Source: Lama glama
Taxonomy: Eukaryota
Assembly: GCA_028534125.1 (NCBI GenBank)
Contig: CM052818.1
Coordinates: 48,548,001 to 48,612,000 of the forward strand
Length of the DNA stretch: 64,000 bases
Reading direction: 5' to 3'
The notes under the pieces were generated by a model, which did no database searches, was not told where the DNA came from, and worked only from the letters and a program-made list of their open reading frames with translations. Positions 49,055 through 62,091 of this stretch are shown here, in pieces; the first letter of the stretch is position 1; every line of letters starts with the position of its first letter. The position numbers and the translations under genes were made by a program.

Positions 49055-51714
49055 TGAAGCTCGTTACTCAGCCTTTCTGTTCCCTGGTTTACTTCCTTAC
49101 TTCAGTTGGGAACATCCCATCCTGCCCACAAAAGAGCATCCTGGAGCAGGGGCGGTGCAAGATAACATACACCTTACAGAGTGACTAGCCTGTAAGGGGT
49201 TTTCAAGGTAGATTCTAATACAACATTAGGTATATTCTAGTAAAAAAATCTAATAAATATATTTATCTACTTCTAAATTTAGTAAATATATCTAATTAAA
49301 CATGTAACTGAAATTTACTAGACTTCAAAAAACAATTTCCTATCTGAAAATCCAACACCATAAAAACCCCAAATAATTTATTTGAAAGTGATAACTGTCC
49401 TATATTTTGTCCAGTAAAGTCACCTCTAATGTATTTTTTTCCTTCTGGGATCTTCAAATTCCATGTAAATTTCACGAGACATCCCCGTTCTAGGAAGGGG
49501 AGAGAAAGGAGTAATGTTTTGTAGAAGCACTTTGATTCATTAGACCCATGAGTGCACAATCACCTTGTCTGTTTTGCTTCAAATACGTGTGCCAGTGATG
49601 AAAAAAGTATAAAACAGAAAATTCCCCACATACACAAGAATAAATACCATCGACCTCATGCTTTATCACCCTTCAACAATCAATAATTTGTGGCCATTCT
49701 TTTCATTAGTAAGTCATCTCTCAGCTTATTTTAAAGCAAATTCCAACATCATATCATGCCTGTGATTTTTAAGTTGTTCTATCTGTCTACACTAAAACAG
49801 AACTCTGTAACCAGTGATTTTCTTGAATTAATTTATGTTGCACTATATTGTAAAGCACAGATTAGGTCTGACTCGATTTCCCATCCTTCCAAGAGGCAGG
49901 TCACTATCAGGTCTCCTACTGTTAATGATTAAATGCATGAATAGTGGTAAATTTAAAAGCAGCAGTATGCTAATAGCAGCAACGAGAACCATTATCTACT
50001 GAGTACTCAGCCTGCACCAGCACGGGTCTGCACCAAATATTTTCAAGGAAAATTAGACCCAGACAGGTAAACGGCTTTGTCCAATCTTAAGCAACCAGTA
50101 AAGGTCTGAACAGAAATTTGATCTCAGGTCTTCAAAAATCCAAGAGTTTGTAGCTGTCTTATTGGGAAATCTACTGTTGAGATCGCACGTTTCCTTGGAC
50201 ACGTCTACACGTGTCTTTTGATAATATTTTAAATGGTTAATCAATGCAGTGTTACAGTGCCTTTTGACCTCATCATTCTTTCCATCCAAATGAGATATTA
50301 ACTTACAAGGTCTTTAGAGATGAGCTGATATAACAGAAACGTGGGGGGAAAAGGGCGAATAGCTACTCCTGGGCTTCTCCGTGTAAAGCCGAGATTCGTA
50401 TGAATACTTGCTGAGTTAATGTGCACCCCTGCCGGGAGAGCTAAGCCCCCAGCTGCTCGCACCCGCAACCCGCAGGCCCTAGTGGATACCAGGCTGGGAG
50501 TCAGCAAGGTGCAAAATTCCTCTGTAACCTCCAGCGAGGTGTGAGCCCCTGGAGAAGTGGGGCTGAGCAGAGAGGCTGACATCACCTCCAGTTTATCGGA
50601 GGAAGTCAACTGTTTCCCACTCACGTAGCGAGAACAGTGCATCACCCAGAAGACCATACCGAGATGAGGGCTCCTACCTTCCAGTGATTACCCACCGCGC
50701 AGATGCTCAGGACCCCCAGTCGAAGAGAACGGTGCATGATTCAGAAAACGCCCACGCAGTCAGATGTAGACTACAGAGGAAATCATCTCCTTTCCTACGG
50801 AAGCCTGCCTTCGTGGTAATTTATACAAAACGCTGAACTAAATAAACATCTGTTTGACTAAATTGACCCTAATTGTCTAATAGTAAGTTTCTGCCTTTGG
50901 GCCAAGTAGAGGCTTGATAGAGAAATTGTGTTCAGTTACAGAAAACAGAGAAAATGATAATGTTTGCTTGAAACGAGTGCCCTATATAATTTTACCTGCT
51001 TATTAGTGTTACATGGGGTAGGTTTTAATCTCAACTTTTCACTTTATGAAATAGCCATTATCTGAGTGTTTCGCAGTCAGTGTGTGTGGCTTTGGACCTT
51101 CTGATCGGAGAGCTGCCCCTCCTGGACCCCGTGTGTGTGGGGGGGCACTTGCCTGGCTTTATTCAATCATGTGCAAGGGGACTTGACACGTGTAGCTTCT
51201 GGCCAAGCGTGTTCGCTGCTGCTCCGACTTTCTGGAAACCTGCGATGTTTCCGGTTTCCAGTACCAGCCTGGGTTCTGGAGTGGAGTGTGAAATAGTGAC
51301 CCTGGCTACTGTGAACTGTGCAGGAGGTGAGAATCCAGGAGCCTTTTTCTGTTGGTTGGTTGGTGGATTTTCTTTTGTTCCTTTGTTTTTGTCATCACAC
51401 CATAGCTTATTCTGACTGACTCAGGTAAATTGTCTGAGTAGTAGAAATTCTGAAAGCCCCTACCTCCATCATCGGCTTTTCCCTGAAAACTCTGTACTAC
51501 AGATTTTACAACTAACATCAAAAGAAACTGAGGACTGTTTCTTTCCTTTCCTTTCATTTCATATTCAAATTATATATAAATGTTTAAAATAAATTTAAAT
51601 AAGAATCATGTGCTTTAAAAATTGCTGTCCTCACTTCTACAGGAAGAAAAAATACCCTGTGGCAATGCTGATTCAAGTAATATGGTAAATACTGTGTGAT
51701 GAGAAATACTGTTC

Positions 51715-51811
51715 CGGAGGGTGTAGATCAGCGGTAGAGCCATGCTTAGCAGGCACGAGGTCCTGGGTTCAATCCCCATCACCTCCATTAGAAAGTAAAT
51801 AAACAAAAAAT
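51715..51811 (+). mobile_element. tRNA-Ala-derived SINE (Vic-1-like), short-tail form
   Basis: GGAGGGTGTAGATCAGCGGTAGAGCCATGCTTAGCAGGCACGAGGTCCTGGGTTCAATCCCC (A- and B-box) plus an A-rich tail. TSD AAATACTGTTC (51704-51714) / AAAGACTGCTC (51812-51822). Confidence 0.92.
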
Positions 51812-52575
51812 AAAGACTGCTCTAACATGCTTTAAAAAGAGAGAGGCGTGCTGTTCCTGTTGCAGTTTGTCACTTTGGGAAATGATTTATTTGTGGTACA
51901 CACCTCGCTTCTCATCTGGAGGACGACAAGTTTTCTCCCACGCTGCGCTTGAAGAGGAGGCAGTTACATGACTCCCTGCTGGGTCCCACTGGCTTCTTCC
52001 CGTGTTTTCTTCCATCCCCACGGTGTGGACCAAACCCCCCCCCCAAGACAGTTCGGCTGTCACGGCAGAGCCACCGTCTTTGGGGGACCTTTCAGGGCAA
52101 GTGACAGAGAGGGTGGCTTTCTGATTCCCGCTCCAGCTGTCCTGCAGTCTCCATGTCTGAAACCACTTCCCGGCTACGACAAGCGTAACTATTTCTCATC
52201 ATCCACACAGGACTCATCCCCGCACAGCAGGTTTTTAACGCGCTCCCAAGCCTAGACTCTGTTCACAGGAGCACAGCAGCTCCACGTGAGCGAGGCGGCT
52301 CTTTCCCAGCAAACTCCGCCCGTGTGTATCCGCGTGTCGCTCTGTCCCCACTGCTCAACCTTGGACCAGCTCCTTTTTGGTTTCCCCCAAATATGACAAA
52401 GTCTCAGACCCACAAAGGCATCTTCTCCCAATGTTCTTAGCGTGACAGATGTATTTCCCAGGTGCACATGGACCGTCATTTCTGTGGGATTTAGGAGAAA
52501 GAGGAGGTGAGGAGGTGGACATACTGAATGGGGAGCTGTTTTTAGTGCAAATGACACATAAAATGGTAAATGTAC

Positions 52576-53015
52576 CCTGTTAGTTTGCTTGGCTGGCAGA
52601 ACAGGGTACTGAAAACTAGGCGGCTTACGTAACGGAAACTTGCTGTCTCTGGTTGGAGGTCAGAAGTCTGAGGGCAAGTTGTCCGCAGGGTCAGTTCCTT
52701 CTGGGGCTGACGGAGACCTGGTCCAGCCTCTCTGTTGGCTTCAGGGGTTTGCTGGCCGTCATCGGCATTTCCTGGCTTATAGATGCTTCACCCTGATTTC
52801 TGTCTTTATCGTCACATGACATTCATTCTGTGCATGCGTCTGTGTTCCAATCTCCCTTTTTATAAGGACACCCGTCATACTGGATGAGGGATTCCCTCAC
52901 CTTAACTAACTACGCCTGCCACGATCCTATTTCATAACAAGGTCCTATCCTGAGGTCCTTCAGGTTAGAATTTCAATATATGAATTTTGGGGAGGACACA
53001 GCTCAACCCATAAAA
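52576..53015 (-). mobile_element. MLT1-family solo LTR with intact 5-bp TSD
   Basis: TTAGTTTGCTTGGCTG...GGAGGTCAGAAGTCTGAG...TTATAAGGACACCCGTCATACTGGAT...GGACACAGCTCAACCCATAA. TGTAC at 52571-52575 and 53016-53020. Confidence 0.93.
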
Positions 53016-53754
53016 TGTACCCATTACTTACAACAGAATGTTATTTTTTGTATGATGCTGATAAGGGTTTTGTAAATCTGTACGTCCTCAAAGTCAGTCA
53101 GCTTTAGTAGGAAAACGATGAATTTTATCCTTTTCCAACTTTTTTCTTTCCATCCCCAGATGTTTTGGTCTGATGAGAGACTGAGTCTTAACTCAACCTT
53201 GAGGGCCAGCTTCAAGTCAGCGACTGAAAAAGAGACAGATTTCTTGGGAACAGGAAATGACGTTAATCAGGAGGGTGAGCGCAAAGACCGAGAGAAGCCC
53301 ACCTTCCAGGCTGAGTTTGTTTTGTTGTTTGCAAGCACTTCAGCCCTGACAAAAAATGAAAAATGTGTTTTTGACTAAAGGATGTGCAACTAATGGTTTT
53401 CTGGGTTGGCAAAGATCAAATCCGCCGTTCCTGATTCTTCACGCACTAGTGCGCCTGGAGGGCGGCGTCCTGCCGCAGCAGCTGGAAGCTCTTTGGCCCA
53501 GGGTTTGGAGCTAGGACCCAGCATCAAACGGTCAAGGTCCTCAAACCTAGTGGGCTTTTCTCAAGGTCACCACAGCTCCACACCATGGCTTTCTTAGCAC
53601 CTGCTTTTCTTACAGTGGAGACAACAAAGACTCAGAGATGTTCAGGGTCTTACTGAGGGGCTGCTGGGGCAGAACTGAATTTAAAACAAATTTTGTTTCT
53701 GTATCTAAGCTAATATCTATTGCGTTGACTGCCACAGACTATATGCTCTCCCTT

Positions 53755-53761
53755 GCGCGCG

Positions 53762-53795
<34 letters not shown>
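53755..53795. repeat. Compound (GC)n(TC)n(TA)n microsatellite
   Basis: Direct reading. Confidence 0.9.
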
Positions 53796-53796
<1 letters not shown>

Positions 53797-53799
53797 TAG

Positions 53800-54053
53800 T
53801 TTTTTTGGTATATACATTTTATTGAAGTATAGTCAGTTTACAATGTTGTGTCAATTTCTGGGATACAATGGCCATCATTCAAAAGTCCACAAACGAGAAA
53901 TGCTGGACAGGGTGTGGGGAAAAGGGAACCCTCCTACCCTGCTGGTGGGAATGCAGTTTGGTGCAGCCACTGTGGAAAACAGTATGGAGATTCCTCAAAA
54001 GACTAAAAATAGACTTACCATATGACCCAGCAAGCCCACCCATGGGCATATAT
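53800..54053 (-). mobile_element. 5'-inverted LINE-1 insertion (minus-strand 3' tail 53800-53861 joined to plus-strand ORF2 piece 53866-54053)
   Basis: Poly-T plus TTGAAGTATAGTCAGTTTACAATGTTGTGTCAATTTCTGG, then sense ORF2 C-terminus [55 protein letters not shown]. Confidence 0.9.
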
Positions 54054-54558
54054 GCTCAATATATTTTGAATAAACACATGTTTATGATTTCGGTCTCACA
54101 AAAAATAGATTAAATAAAACAAATCTTAGCAAACGTGAGGTCGACTGCACCCTGGGGCACTTTTCCAGCGCCTGGATGGAGTGAAGTTCTCCCACAAAGC
54201 TCTGGTTCCACCTGTGTTCCTCCTCGAGTTTTCTCACTGTAAATGTAGCCGATAAATTATTTTCAGAGCTACACAGTGAATTCTTGTCTTTCCCAAATAA
54301 ACTGCACATTTTGCTCATTCATGTTATTGCTGTGTTCTCCTGATTGTGTTAAGCAGTTAAACAGATGATTTGATCAATACGACGTTAAACAGAACACTTG
54401 TGGGTCAAATACAAAAGGCTGAATGAGCTGAAGGAAGCTTTGGTGCCACTGGCAGGGAATACCGTGCCTTCCAGGACTGGGGCAGACCCCGTATGATCAG
54501 CATTCGAAGCTAAGCAGGTAGACTCTCATGGAGGAGGAACATTATAAAGACCTCTTCG

Positions 54559-54862
54559 GGACACTAATGAACGCATCTACAAAACAGAAACAGACCCGCA
54601 GACATAATAAACAATGTTATAAGTACTGTGGGGAAGGGGGTGGGAAGGAATAAATCTGGGAGTCTGAGATTTGCAAATATTAACCCCTATATATAAAAAT
54701 AGATTAAAAACAAATGTTTTCTGCATAGCACAGGAAACTTTATTCAATATCTTGTAACAACCTTTAATGAAAAAGAATATGAAAATGAATATATGTATAT
54801 ATATGCATGGCTGAGACATTATGCTGTACACCAGAAACCGATACACTGTAGCTGACTAAAAA
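54559..54862 (+). mobile_element. Young camelid LINE-1 3' UTR fragment
   Basis: TACAAAACAGAAACAGAC...GGGAGTCTGAGATTTGCA...ATTATGCTGTACACCAGAAA, closely paralleling 44127-44436. Confidence 0.92.
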
Positions 54863-56860
54863 CTATTGCCTAGCAATAGAGGAAAGTTTCACTAAATCAG
54901 AGTGTAAACATATTGTTAATCTGTTGAAATCGTTCTTGATAAAATTAACAATATCAAAAGCCTACTCCACAATATGAGGTGATTAAAAGCAAGGGATGCA
55001 AAACAAGTTAGCATGCTGCTAATTTTGTAAAAACACTATGTATTTGTGTGCATGTGTACGTATTTGTGTGAATAGAGAGACAGTAAGACTTACATCAATA
55101 TTTACCAGTGGTTGATACTGAGAATGTAGTTGCATGTGCTTTTCATTTTATATTTGATGATTTCCTGTATTCCAAAAGTCTCTATAATGTATGCATACAA
55201 AAGACATCAAAATCAATGGTTTTCCTTCGTTTCTTTGCTTTCAAGCCACCTCAAATAGTTTCACGGAAGATTTCTGGTGCTGGGTAATCTCTACTAGACT
55301 CTACAGAAAGCATGCCTGCATTCTTTTCACAGACAGAGGAAAAAAAAAACTGATGCAAAAACCTGGAAAATGTATCTGTAATCACCCGTTTGTGTGTGCC
55401 TCTATACGTGCACTTGGACACACACAGGCACGTGTATGTGACGTGTGTTTATCTCTCCCAGCATCCAAGTCCTCTCCCCACCTCTGGGAGATTTCCTACC
55501 TTGTAAGTATCACTGCCTCTCAGGCTGAAAAAGACCAAGACACACATTCCAGACAACTAGTGGCGCTTATTCTGAACCTGGAATCCTTGATGTGGAGATG
55601 CGCCCTGGGTGGCAGGGATGGGGCGTTGCCGGGGAAGTCCCAGCTGGCGGGCATGGGCATACCCCGGGCAGAGCAGGGACACCGGAGGCCCGGCCCTGAG
55701 AGCTGGTGTTTCCCCAAGTAGCCTCGCCAGCCCCAGGATGGCTTTGGGGCACAGTTTGGGGGCTTGGTGCTAGCTGTACTTACACTTCCTGGCTTCTGTT
55801 TCCAGACTGGATTCTGCAGCCTTCCAGAAGATTCTACCATTCAATACACTGGACTATTTCCAGCTGTTGCCCAGAGTAGACTTCTCCTGCTTGCATCTAA
55901 GAGTCCTGGCCACCTGCTGCCTGTGCTACGTGACGGTGCCCAGGGTTCAGTGCCGAGCGTGACCTTGGAAAGCACGTGAGAAAACAGTTCAGAAGACATT
56001 ACAAACATCGCACAGGAGGGCTCCTGGCTAAGATGCTACAGAAACATGCAACTTTCTGTTCAGGAAGCCTGAGTCCATTAGTGAACTCCACTAATAGGTC
56101 ACGAAAAGTAATAGCTAGTAAATATTTTATTAGCGTTTTTTGAATCTTGCTAATGGGAAAATCAACTATGTCAAAAGTAGCAAGAGTCACATTTGGCATC
56201 AGGCCATCACTCAGGGCTTGGTGTCTGCTGTTTCTGACGACTTTTTGTGGAATAATTAGAGAAGTTCAAATAGAATTATGTGTGCAACAATGAATATTTT
56301 TATTTTGCTATGGTAAACCATCCTATTTCCTTACCTCGTTATTTGCCTACATTATGTACTCAATACTAATTTTCTATCTATGGCATAGTGAATTTACGGC
56401 TGTGTTAATGCTAATATTTCTCCATCTAGAAAATGAAATGAATGATTCTTATATATTTTGTTTTTAAAATATTAGCTACAAAACTTCATTAAATATAATA
56501 ATGTCTCATTACATAGTATCTTTCATCCTGAAGATTATTAGAAGCCTTTACAAACTAAAAGAAAAATAACCAACAAAAAAAGAAGAAAAAAAGGAAAAAC
56601 ACCCAAAGCTAACAGAACCATCATCCGTCACTGAAACGGAGCTAAATAATTGTTTTCTTTGTTAAGCTTATTTGAAATCTTACCTCTTAGGGGAAAAAAA
56701 AATCAAGCTTAGACCACTAAAAAATTACCACTGTTTTTGCTAATAATGAATATAATTTGCTGATTCTCTTTCAGTGGTTGTGTGTCACCTGGCTGGGAGT
56801 TTTCAGGAATGGGATTATTTGGGAGTAAGAGACCCTTATCATGGGTATTCAGAGCTTGGA

Positions 56861-57346
56861 AATAGGAGCAGGGGTCTGCAGGGAAACAGGCCCTGCAGGA
56901 TACAGAGAGATGGTTAAGAAGAGATTTCATATGGGAACCGGCTTTTGTGACTGTGGAGGCTGAGGACGCTATGACCTGCCGTTTGCAAGCCGGGGACCCA
57001 GGAAAGCTGGGGGTTTAATTCATTCTGAGGCCACAGGCCTGAGAAACAGGGAAGATGCTAGTGATTGTTCCCAAGGCCCAAAGCCCAGGACCTCGGGACT
57101 CCGACGTCAGGGGCGGGAGGAGACGGACGTCCGGCACAAAGCCAGGCAGAGAGCAAATCTAGCCTCCCTGCGATGCTGTTGGGGTCCTCAGAGGATTGGG
57201 AGGGTGATTTTTCTTTATTCTGTTAGCTGATGCAAGTGCTTATTTCTTCCCATAGTGCCCTAGCACACACACCAAAAAATGATGTTTTATCAGCTGTGTG
57301 GATGCTCCTTAGCCCAGTCAAGTAGTCACGAAAACTAATCACCCCC
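56861..57346 (-). mobile_element. MLT2-family (ERVL) solo LTR
   Basis: GGGTCTGCAGGGAAACAG...GAGATTTCATATGGGAACCGGCT..TGTGACTGTGGAGGCTGAG...TAGCCCAGTCAAGT..CACGAAAACTAATCAC. Confidence 0.88.
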
Positions 57347-58069
57347 ACTCTGGGTTCCTCAGTATTTTCTCTACCAGTTTCGACAGGCCTTTCCCGGAAA
57401 GCAAAGCGCTGTGGTGGACAGTGGCCGGCACCGTTGTAGCCGCGCTCACCCGGCAGCTAGGGAGGTCGTTCTGTCTCCTCAGTTATAAAGCCACCCCAGC
57501 CCCTCTGTTTCCTGGGACCTGCTTCTGTGCAATGAGAGGGGGACAGGGCATTTCTCAGCTCATTCATTCATCCCACAAGTGCTTCTTAAGAACTCAGAAG
57601 TCACAAGTGCAAAAGAACACGACAGCCGTGGAAGCCTTCAGGAGAGAAGTAACCTGGTCAGGGCTGCCAGATTACTGCTGTGAGTACAGGCACCGGCAGG
57701 GCGCCCCGACAGAGCGGCCCGCGGCCGGAGGAGTCGCGGGGGCGGGCACGGGTGCTGCCCTTCGCGTACCTGGGCTGCCCCGGGGAACCGTCAGCTTGCC
57801 CTTGCTTCTGTAAAATGAAGTAGAAGTTTTGTAAAGATGGGAAACTTCCCCAAAGATGTGTATATAGATAGACAGATAGATGTATATATAGTTTGGCACA
57901 TAGAAGTTATTTGATACATTTAGCTTTATTGTTGGCAAACCCAGTCCAAGACAACCCTAGGTGACTGGAGACTCTTTCTAACTGTAGGATTCTCTTATAA
58001 CAACCATGGACCTTTTTATGCTCCTCCAGCCCTTATGTTTGGATTGAATGAATATGGTTCTTTATTGCC

Positions 58070-58181
58070 AAGGAAGACAACTTATTCTGGCTTGCCTGGG
58101 ACTTCCTGGATTTTAGCCCTGCAATTCCCATGTCACAGGAAACAACTCAGTCCCAGACAAGCCAGGACGCCGGGACACCTG
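58070..58181. mobile_element. MER81-like hAT-Blackjack MITE
   Basis: CTGGCTTGCCTGGGACTTCCTGGATTTTAGCCCTGCAATTCCCATGTCACAGGAAACAACTCAGTCCCAGACAAGCCAGGAC follows the recalled MER81 layout and is palindromic. Confidence 0.8.
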
Positions 58182-59084
58182 GAATTACCTGAATTCCAAA
58201 ACTGCCCACCTCAAAGCCATTACTATCATTCCTCTTGAATGGCTACCCTAGATTTTTTTAGATAAAGGCTGCACAATTATGTTACGTGGTCTCCCAAATG
58301 CATTCTTACAGCACCTACTAAAGAACTACTGTGACAGATTCCCAGAAGAGATCAAAGATCTCAGTTTACAATCTAGTTGAAGAAATAAGACATACGTCTG
58401 ATATAAAGTATCTAGTAGATGTCACCATAAGTGGTCAGTGGCAGACCCCTGATCGTGTCAAATCAGTGATGAGTCAAATCATGAGTGATGCTCTGAGAGA
58501 AAAGAGAGGTTACCAGGGATTGAGCCATGGGGACAGGGTCTACTAAAATGCTCAACCAACCCAAAATGTCTGAGCCAAGAGCGGGGACTTCAGGCTCATC
58601 TGAGACGTCCAGAGGGAAGACGGCTCCAGTCTGTTGGCCCTTGGGGCCTAACAATGTCAACATGAATTTAGTTTCTCCTCCAGTTTGCTGCTTATGGTGT
58701 CAGGTGGCGCTTCAGCCTGGTTCTCCTTAGATCGCCAAATGGAGACACCCACTCCAGACTTCAGAACTTTCCACATTACCATCCAGAAGGGCCTTGACCG
58801 TCTGCCTCTGAGCAACACTGTAGCAAGCATCTTGGTAACTGTGATAAGAGCCCGTCCTTCTGCCCTGCAGTGGGGAAGGGAGGTGAAGGGCGAATGGTCA
58901 GAACTCCCTGCTGCGGACTGGGGGATGCTGGCAGTCACAGTGCCTCAGAGAGTTTCATGGGAAAGAGGGAATTCAGAATCTTGGGAGAGTCCAATGCTCC
59001 ATAAAGAGGAGCAAAGGGTGATCTCTTGTCCAAGTTCACGGGGAAGCTTGGGACAGAGCCAGATGTCAAATCTGCAGAAGCCAG

Positions 59085-59255
59085 ACAGCACGGGTCCAAG
59101 TCCAGATCTGTCCCTTACTGGCTGGGAGACCTTCAGCCAAGTGTCGAGCTTCCTCTGTGAAATGGGAAGAACAATGGCCCCTGCGTCCCAGGTGGCTGTG
59201 AGGGTGGGGTGAGCTGTTTAATGTGGACCCGCTCAGCACAGTGCCTCGTCCCCGC
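59085..59255 (+). mobile_element. MIR SINE
   Basis: AAGCCAGAC..GGGTCCAAGTCCAG..CTTACTGGCTGGGAGACCTT..CTGTGAAATGGG...GGTGGCTGTGAGG. Confidence 0.75.
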
Positions 59256-59701
59256 TCAGGGCTCCATCATGGACGGCACCACTGGTCCTGGGTCAGGGGC
59301 CTTCCCACGGAAGCATCCCACCTGCACAGACCATGGAAAAATGCAAAAAGGGGAAGGGGCAAAAAGAAACAGGGAATTACATGTACAGGGTTGGGAGGGG
59401 GGAATACTTGGAGACCAGCGTTACAGAAGGAGAACTTTCCCAAATGGTAAGGAAAAGCAAACGGAGCGTGGGGAGATGGTCTGGGGCTGGCGAATAGCGA
59501 GCTGGAACACCAGGCTTGAGCGGCTGGGCTTTAGACTCCTGCACGGCGTTCCTTGGGTTGTCAAAGCAGGTCCAGAAGTAGCTGAGCCGCTCCCACCGCA
59601 CTGACCACCTCCCAGAGGCAGGCGCATGCACTGTCGGGGCCAGAGCCTCCCCCAGAAGCGGCCTTTTATACTTATTCAAATAACAGGTCTCAGCTCTGGC
59701 G

Positions 59702-60127
59702 CTCAGTGGTGAGTCAGCGTATGTGTCCACTCTGCGGGCCCACGGTGCCCCTGTTTGTGGTCCAGCATTACCCTGGCTATTTCTGGGAGGGTGTTTTTGG
59801 ATGAGACTAACATTTGAATCAGTGACTTTTTCTCAAGCAGACTGCCCTCTGCAGTGTGGGTGGGCTTCACCCAATCAGGTGACGGCCTTGAGAAACCGCA
59901 AAGACGGGTCTCCCTCAGGTGAGATGGAGTTCTGCTCCAGATGGCCCTCAGACTTCATCCTCAGCCCCTGTTCTTCCCCTGTCTCCAGCCTGCTGGGCTC
60001 CCCCCTCAGACGTTTTTGGACTTGGCCAAGCTCCCACAGGCACCTGAGCCAATTCCTATGACATGTGCCTTTCTGTATCCACCCTCATCCCCTCAGTTCT
60101 GTTTCTTGGAGAATCCTGTCTAGCACA
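59702..60127 (+). mobile_element. MLT2-family (MLT2D-like) solo LTR
   Basis: TATGTGTCCACT...GAGGGTGTTTTTGGATGAGACTAACATTTGAATCAG...AAGCAGACTGCCCTC..GTGGGTGGGC..CCAATCAG...GTTCTGTTTCTTGGAGAATCCTGTCTAGCACA. Confidence 0.9.
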
Positions 60128-61464
60128 TCTTCTGATCCAGATGTCTTGTAAGAGGAGTTCCGTAAGTGAAATTTGATCAGGGGAATGCTGGTCCCTGGCA
60201 GTACTAAGGTGCACCCACCGCCTCCCTGTAACCCTTTGGGACGCCCAGTTTGTTGCTCCCCCAGATCACCATCTGGGCCAACTGTGCAACTTCCGCTGGC
60301 CTGGGGTCCACACAGGACCACCTCTGGCCAGGTGGCAGTCCTGGAAGGGCGCTGACTGTCACTCACTGGGTTTCTGTGGAGCAAGAGCTAACTGTGCTTC
60401 CTGGGCCTGGTCAATTTCTCAAGTGCTTTCTACCTGCGGAACTTCCCACCAGCCTTGGACTTGAGCAAGTTCTCCTTAAGCCACCGTCTGCTCTGGCTCA
60501 GGTCTGGTCCAGTCTATGGGCGGCAGCTCCCACTGCAACTGAACTTGGTTTCCATTCTTCTTTCTCTCAGAAGTACACAAGCACTGCTCCTCACCGTCGA
60601 ACTAGCATGACAAATCATTCTGAAGTAAGGTGCCATCTTCTCTGGTCTTCCCGTCCCATCTGTGCATCTTCATCAACATTCCAACTCTGAGAAGCCTTCT
60701 CCATCCACAATCTCTTGTATTCAAGAGATAATAATTCCCCTCAGATTACACAGGGGCTAGGGGGTGTGTGTGTGCGCGTGTTTAATCGGTTCCCCGCAAT
60801 TGTATGAGCGATGTCCTTTCAGTTTTATTCTCCGTTATCTCTTGCAGAACATCTCCATCTTCTGTTTTATTTCGTATGTTAAAGCTTATAACAAACCATC
60901 AGTCCCAACCTAGGTTTCTCCTTTTCCTCTCCATCCTTTAGCATCCAGTCCCAAGGCCTCGTACCACTTGAGGCCAGTGTTAATGTCAGGTAATTTAAGT
61001 CCGCAGGTCTCACAAAGCTTTGCAAATGTTAATTAAGCAACAGAACGCTTTTTATGAAGCGAGGATTATGGTCCTCACTTCACAGGTAAAACTCCAAACA
61101 CACAAAGCCTGAATGCCATCACCACCTGCTCACGACTCGAGAAATGCCATCGTTTCACACTGCGTGGTGACATCAGTGGCACCGAGCTTGTCAGTGCCAT
61201 GGCCCCACTTTCCAGAAGATAAGATGGACTGAGGGGTCTGGACGGTATTAAGTACTCAGACTGCTTGTTATTTACAGACCTACTGGCGTTCTCATTTTTC
61301 TTTATTTTCTCACTGTCCCCTTCCCTATGGCAACGATGCTCAATGAGCAAGCAATGAAAACTCGAGGTGTGACAAGGGTGTGTTCATTCTTATTATTTGG
61401 TATGGAGACTCCGGTTTCTGCTGAGGTAATTTTTGTTTTGCGTTGATGCCCTCACTGGTTTAGG

Positions 61465-61650
61465 GCCAAGGGTCTCAGAGGCTGGTCTGTGGCCCCATAA
61501 CCTCAGAATTGGCTGATACAGTGATTAGAAAAATAGTTTCCAGGTCTCATTCCAAGCGCACTGAATCAATATTTTGGGAAGAGGGCCCAGAGGTCTGTAA
61601 TTCTGAGTATGTGATTTCGATTTCGATGTTTGGTATGGCTGACAACCAGA
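61465..61650. mobile_element. Possible MER5-like hAT-Charlie fragment
   Basis: TTCCAGGTCTCATTCCA...ACTGAATCAATATTTTGGG..GGGCCCAGAGGTCTGTAATT. Confidence 0.55.
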
Positions 61651-62091
61651 TTCGTGTTTCATGACACGCTGTGTTCTCTGTATTATTGCTGTAATATGCT
61701 TATGTTTGTGTAATTAATGAAGTTTGTCAATTGAAAGAGGAAGACAATTTTTTTTCAAAGAATTATATTAAACTTGAGTTTGAGAATTTTCTAATCTGGA
61801 AAATAATTGCTTCTGCTCTCCCGTTATAAAGTGCAACACAGACCATCCCCCAAACAACAGGAAAACACAGGGCCAAGGGCCCTTTAGTTTGGGCCATTGG
61901 GTGTCTGAAAGATTGGGAACGCGAGTAACCTCAGTTAGGCCTGGTGGTCCAGCGTCCACCGGCCGCACGGCATCTGGCTGGCTTCCCCACTCCTTCATTT
62001 ATGCGACCGGCCAGCTCTGAAAGCCTAAGCTTATACAATGCCTCCCAACGGGCCCTCTGACTGTAAATAAAAAGTGCCTGTTTGTATTATT

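Noticed and set aside
50298..50657. Minus ORF (119 aa) ending at a GTAAGT donor-like site
   Set aside because: No convincing acceptor or recognisable protein. Such hexamers are expected by chance in 64 kb.
56861..60127. Two MLT2 LTRs 2.4 kb apart as a single provirus
   Set aside because: Opposite orientation, and the interior holds MIR, MER81 and L2-like pieces rather than gag/pol.
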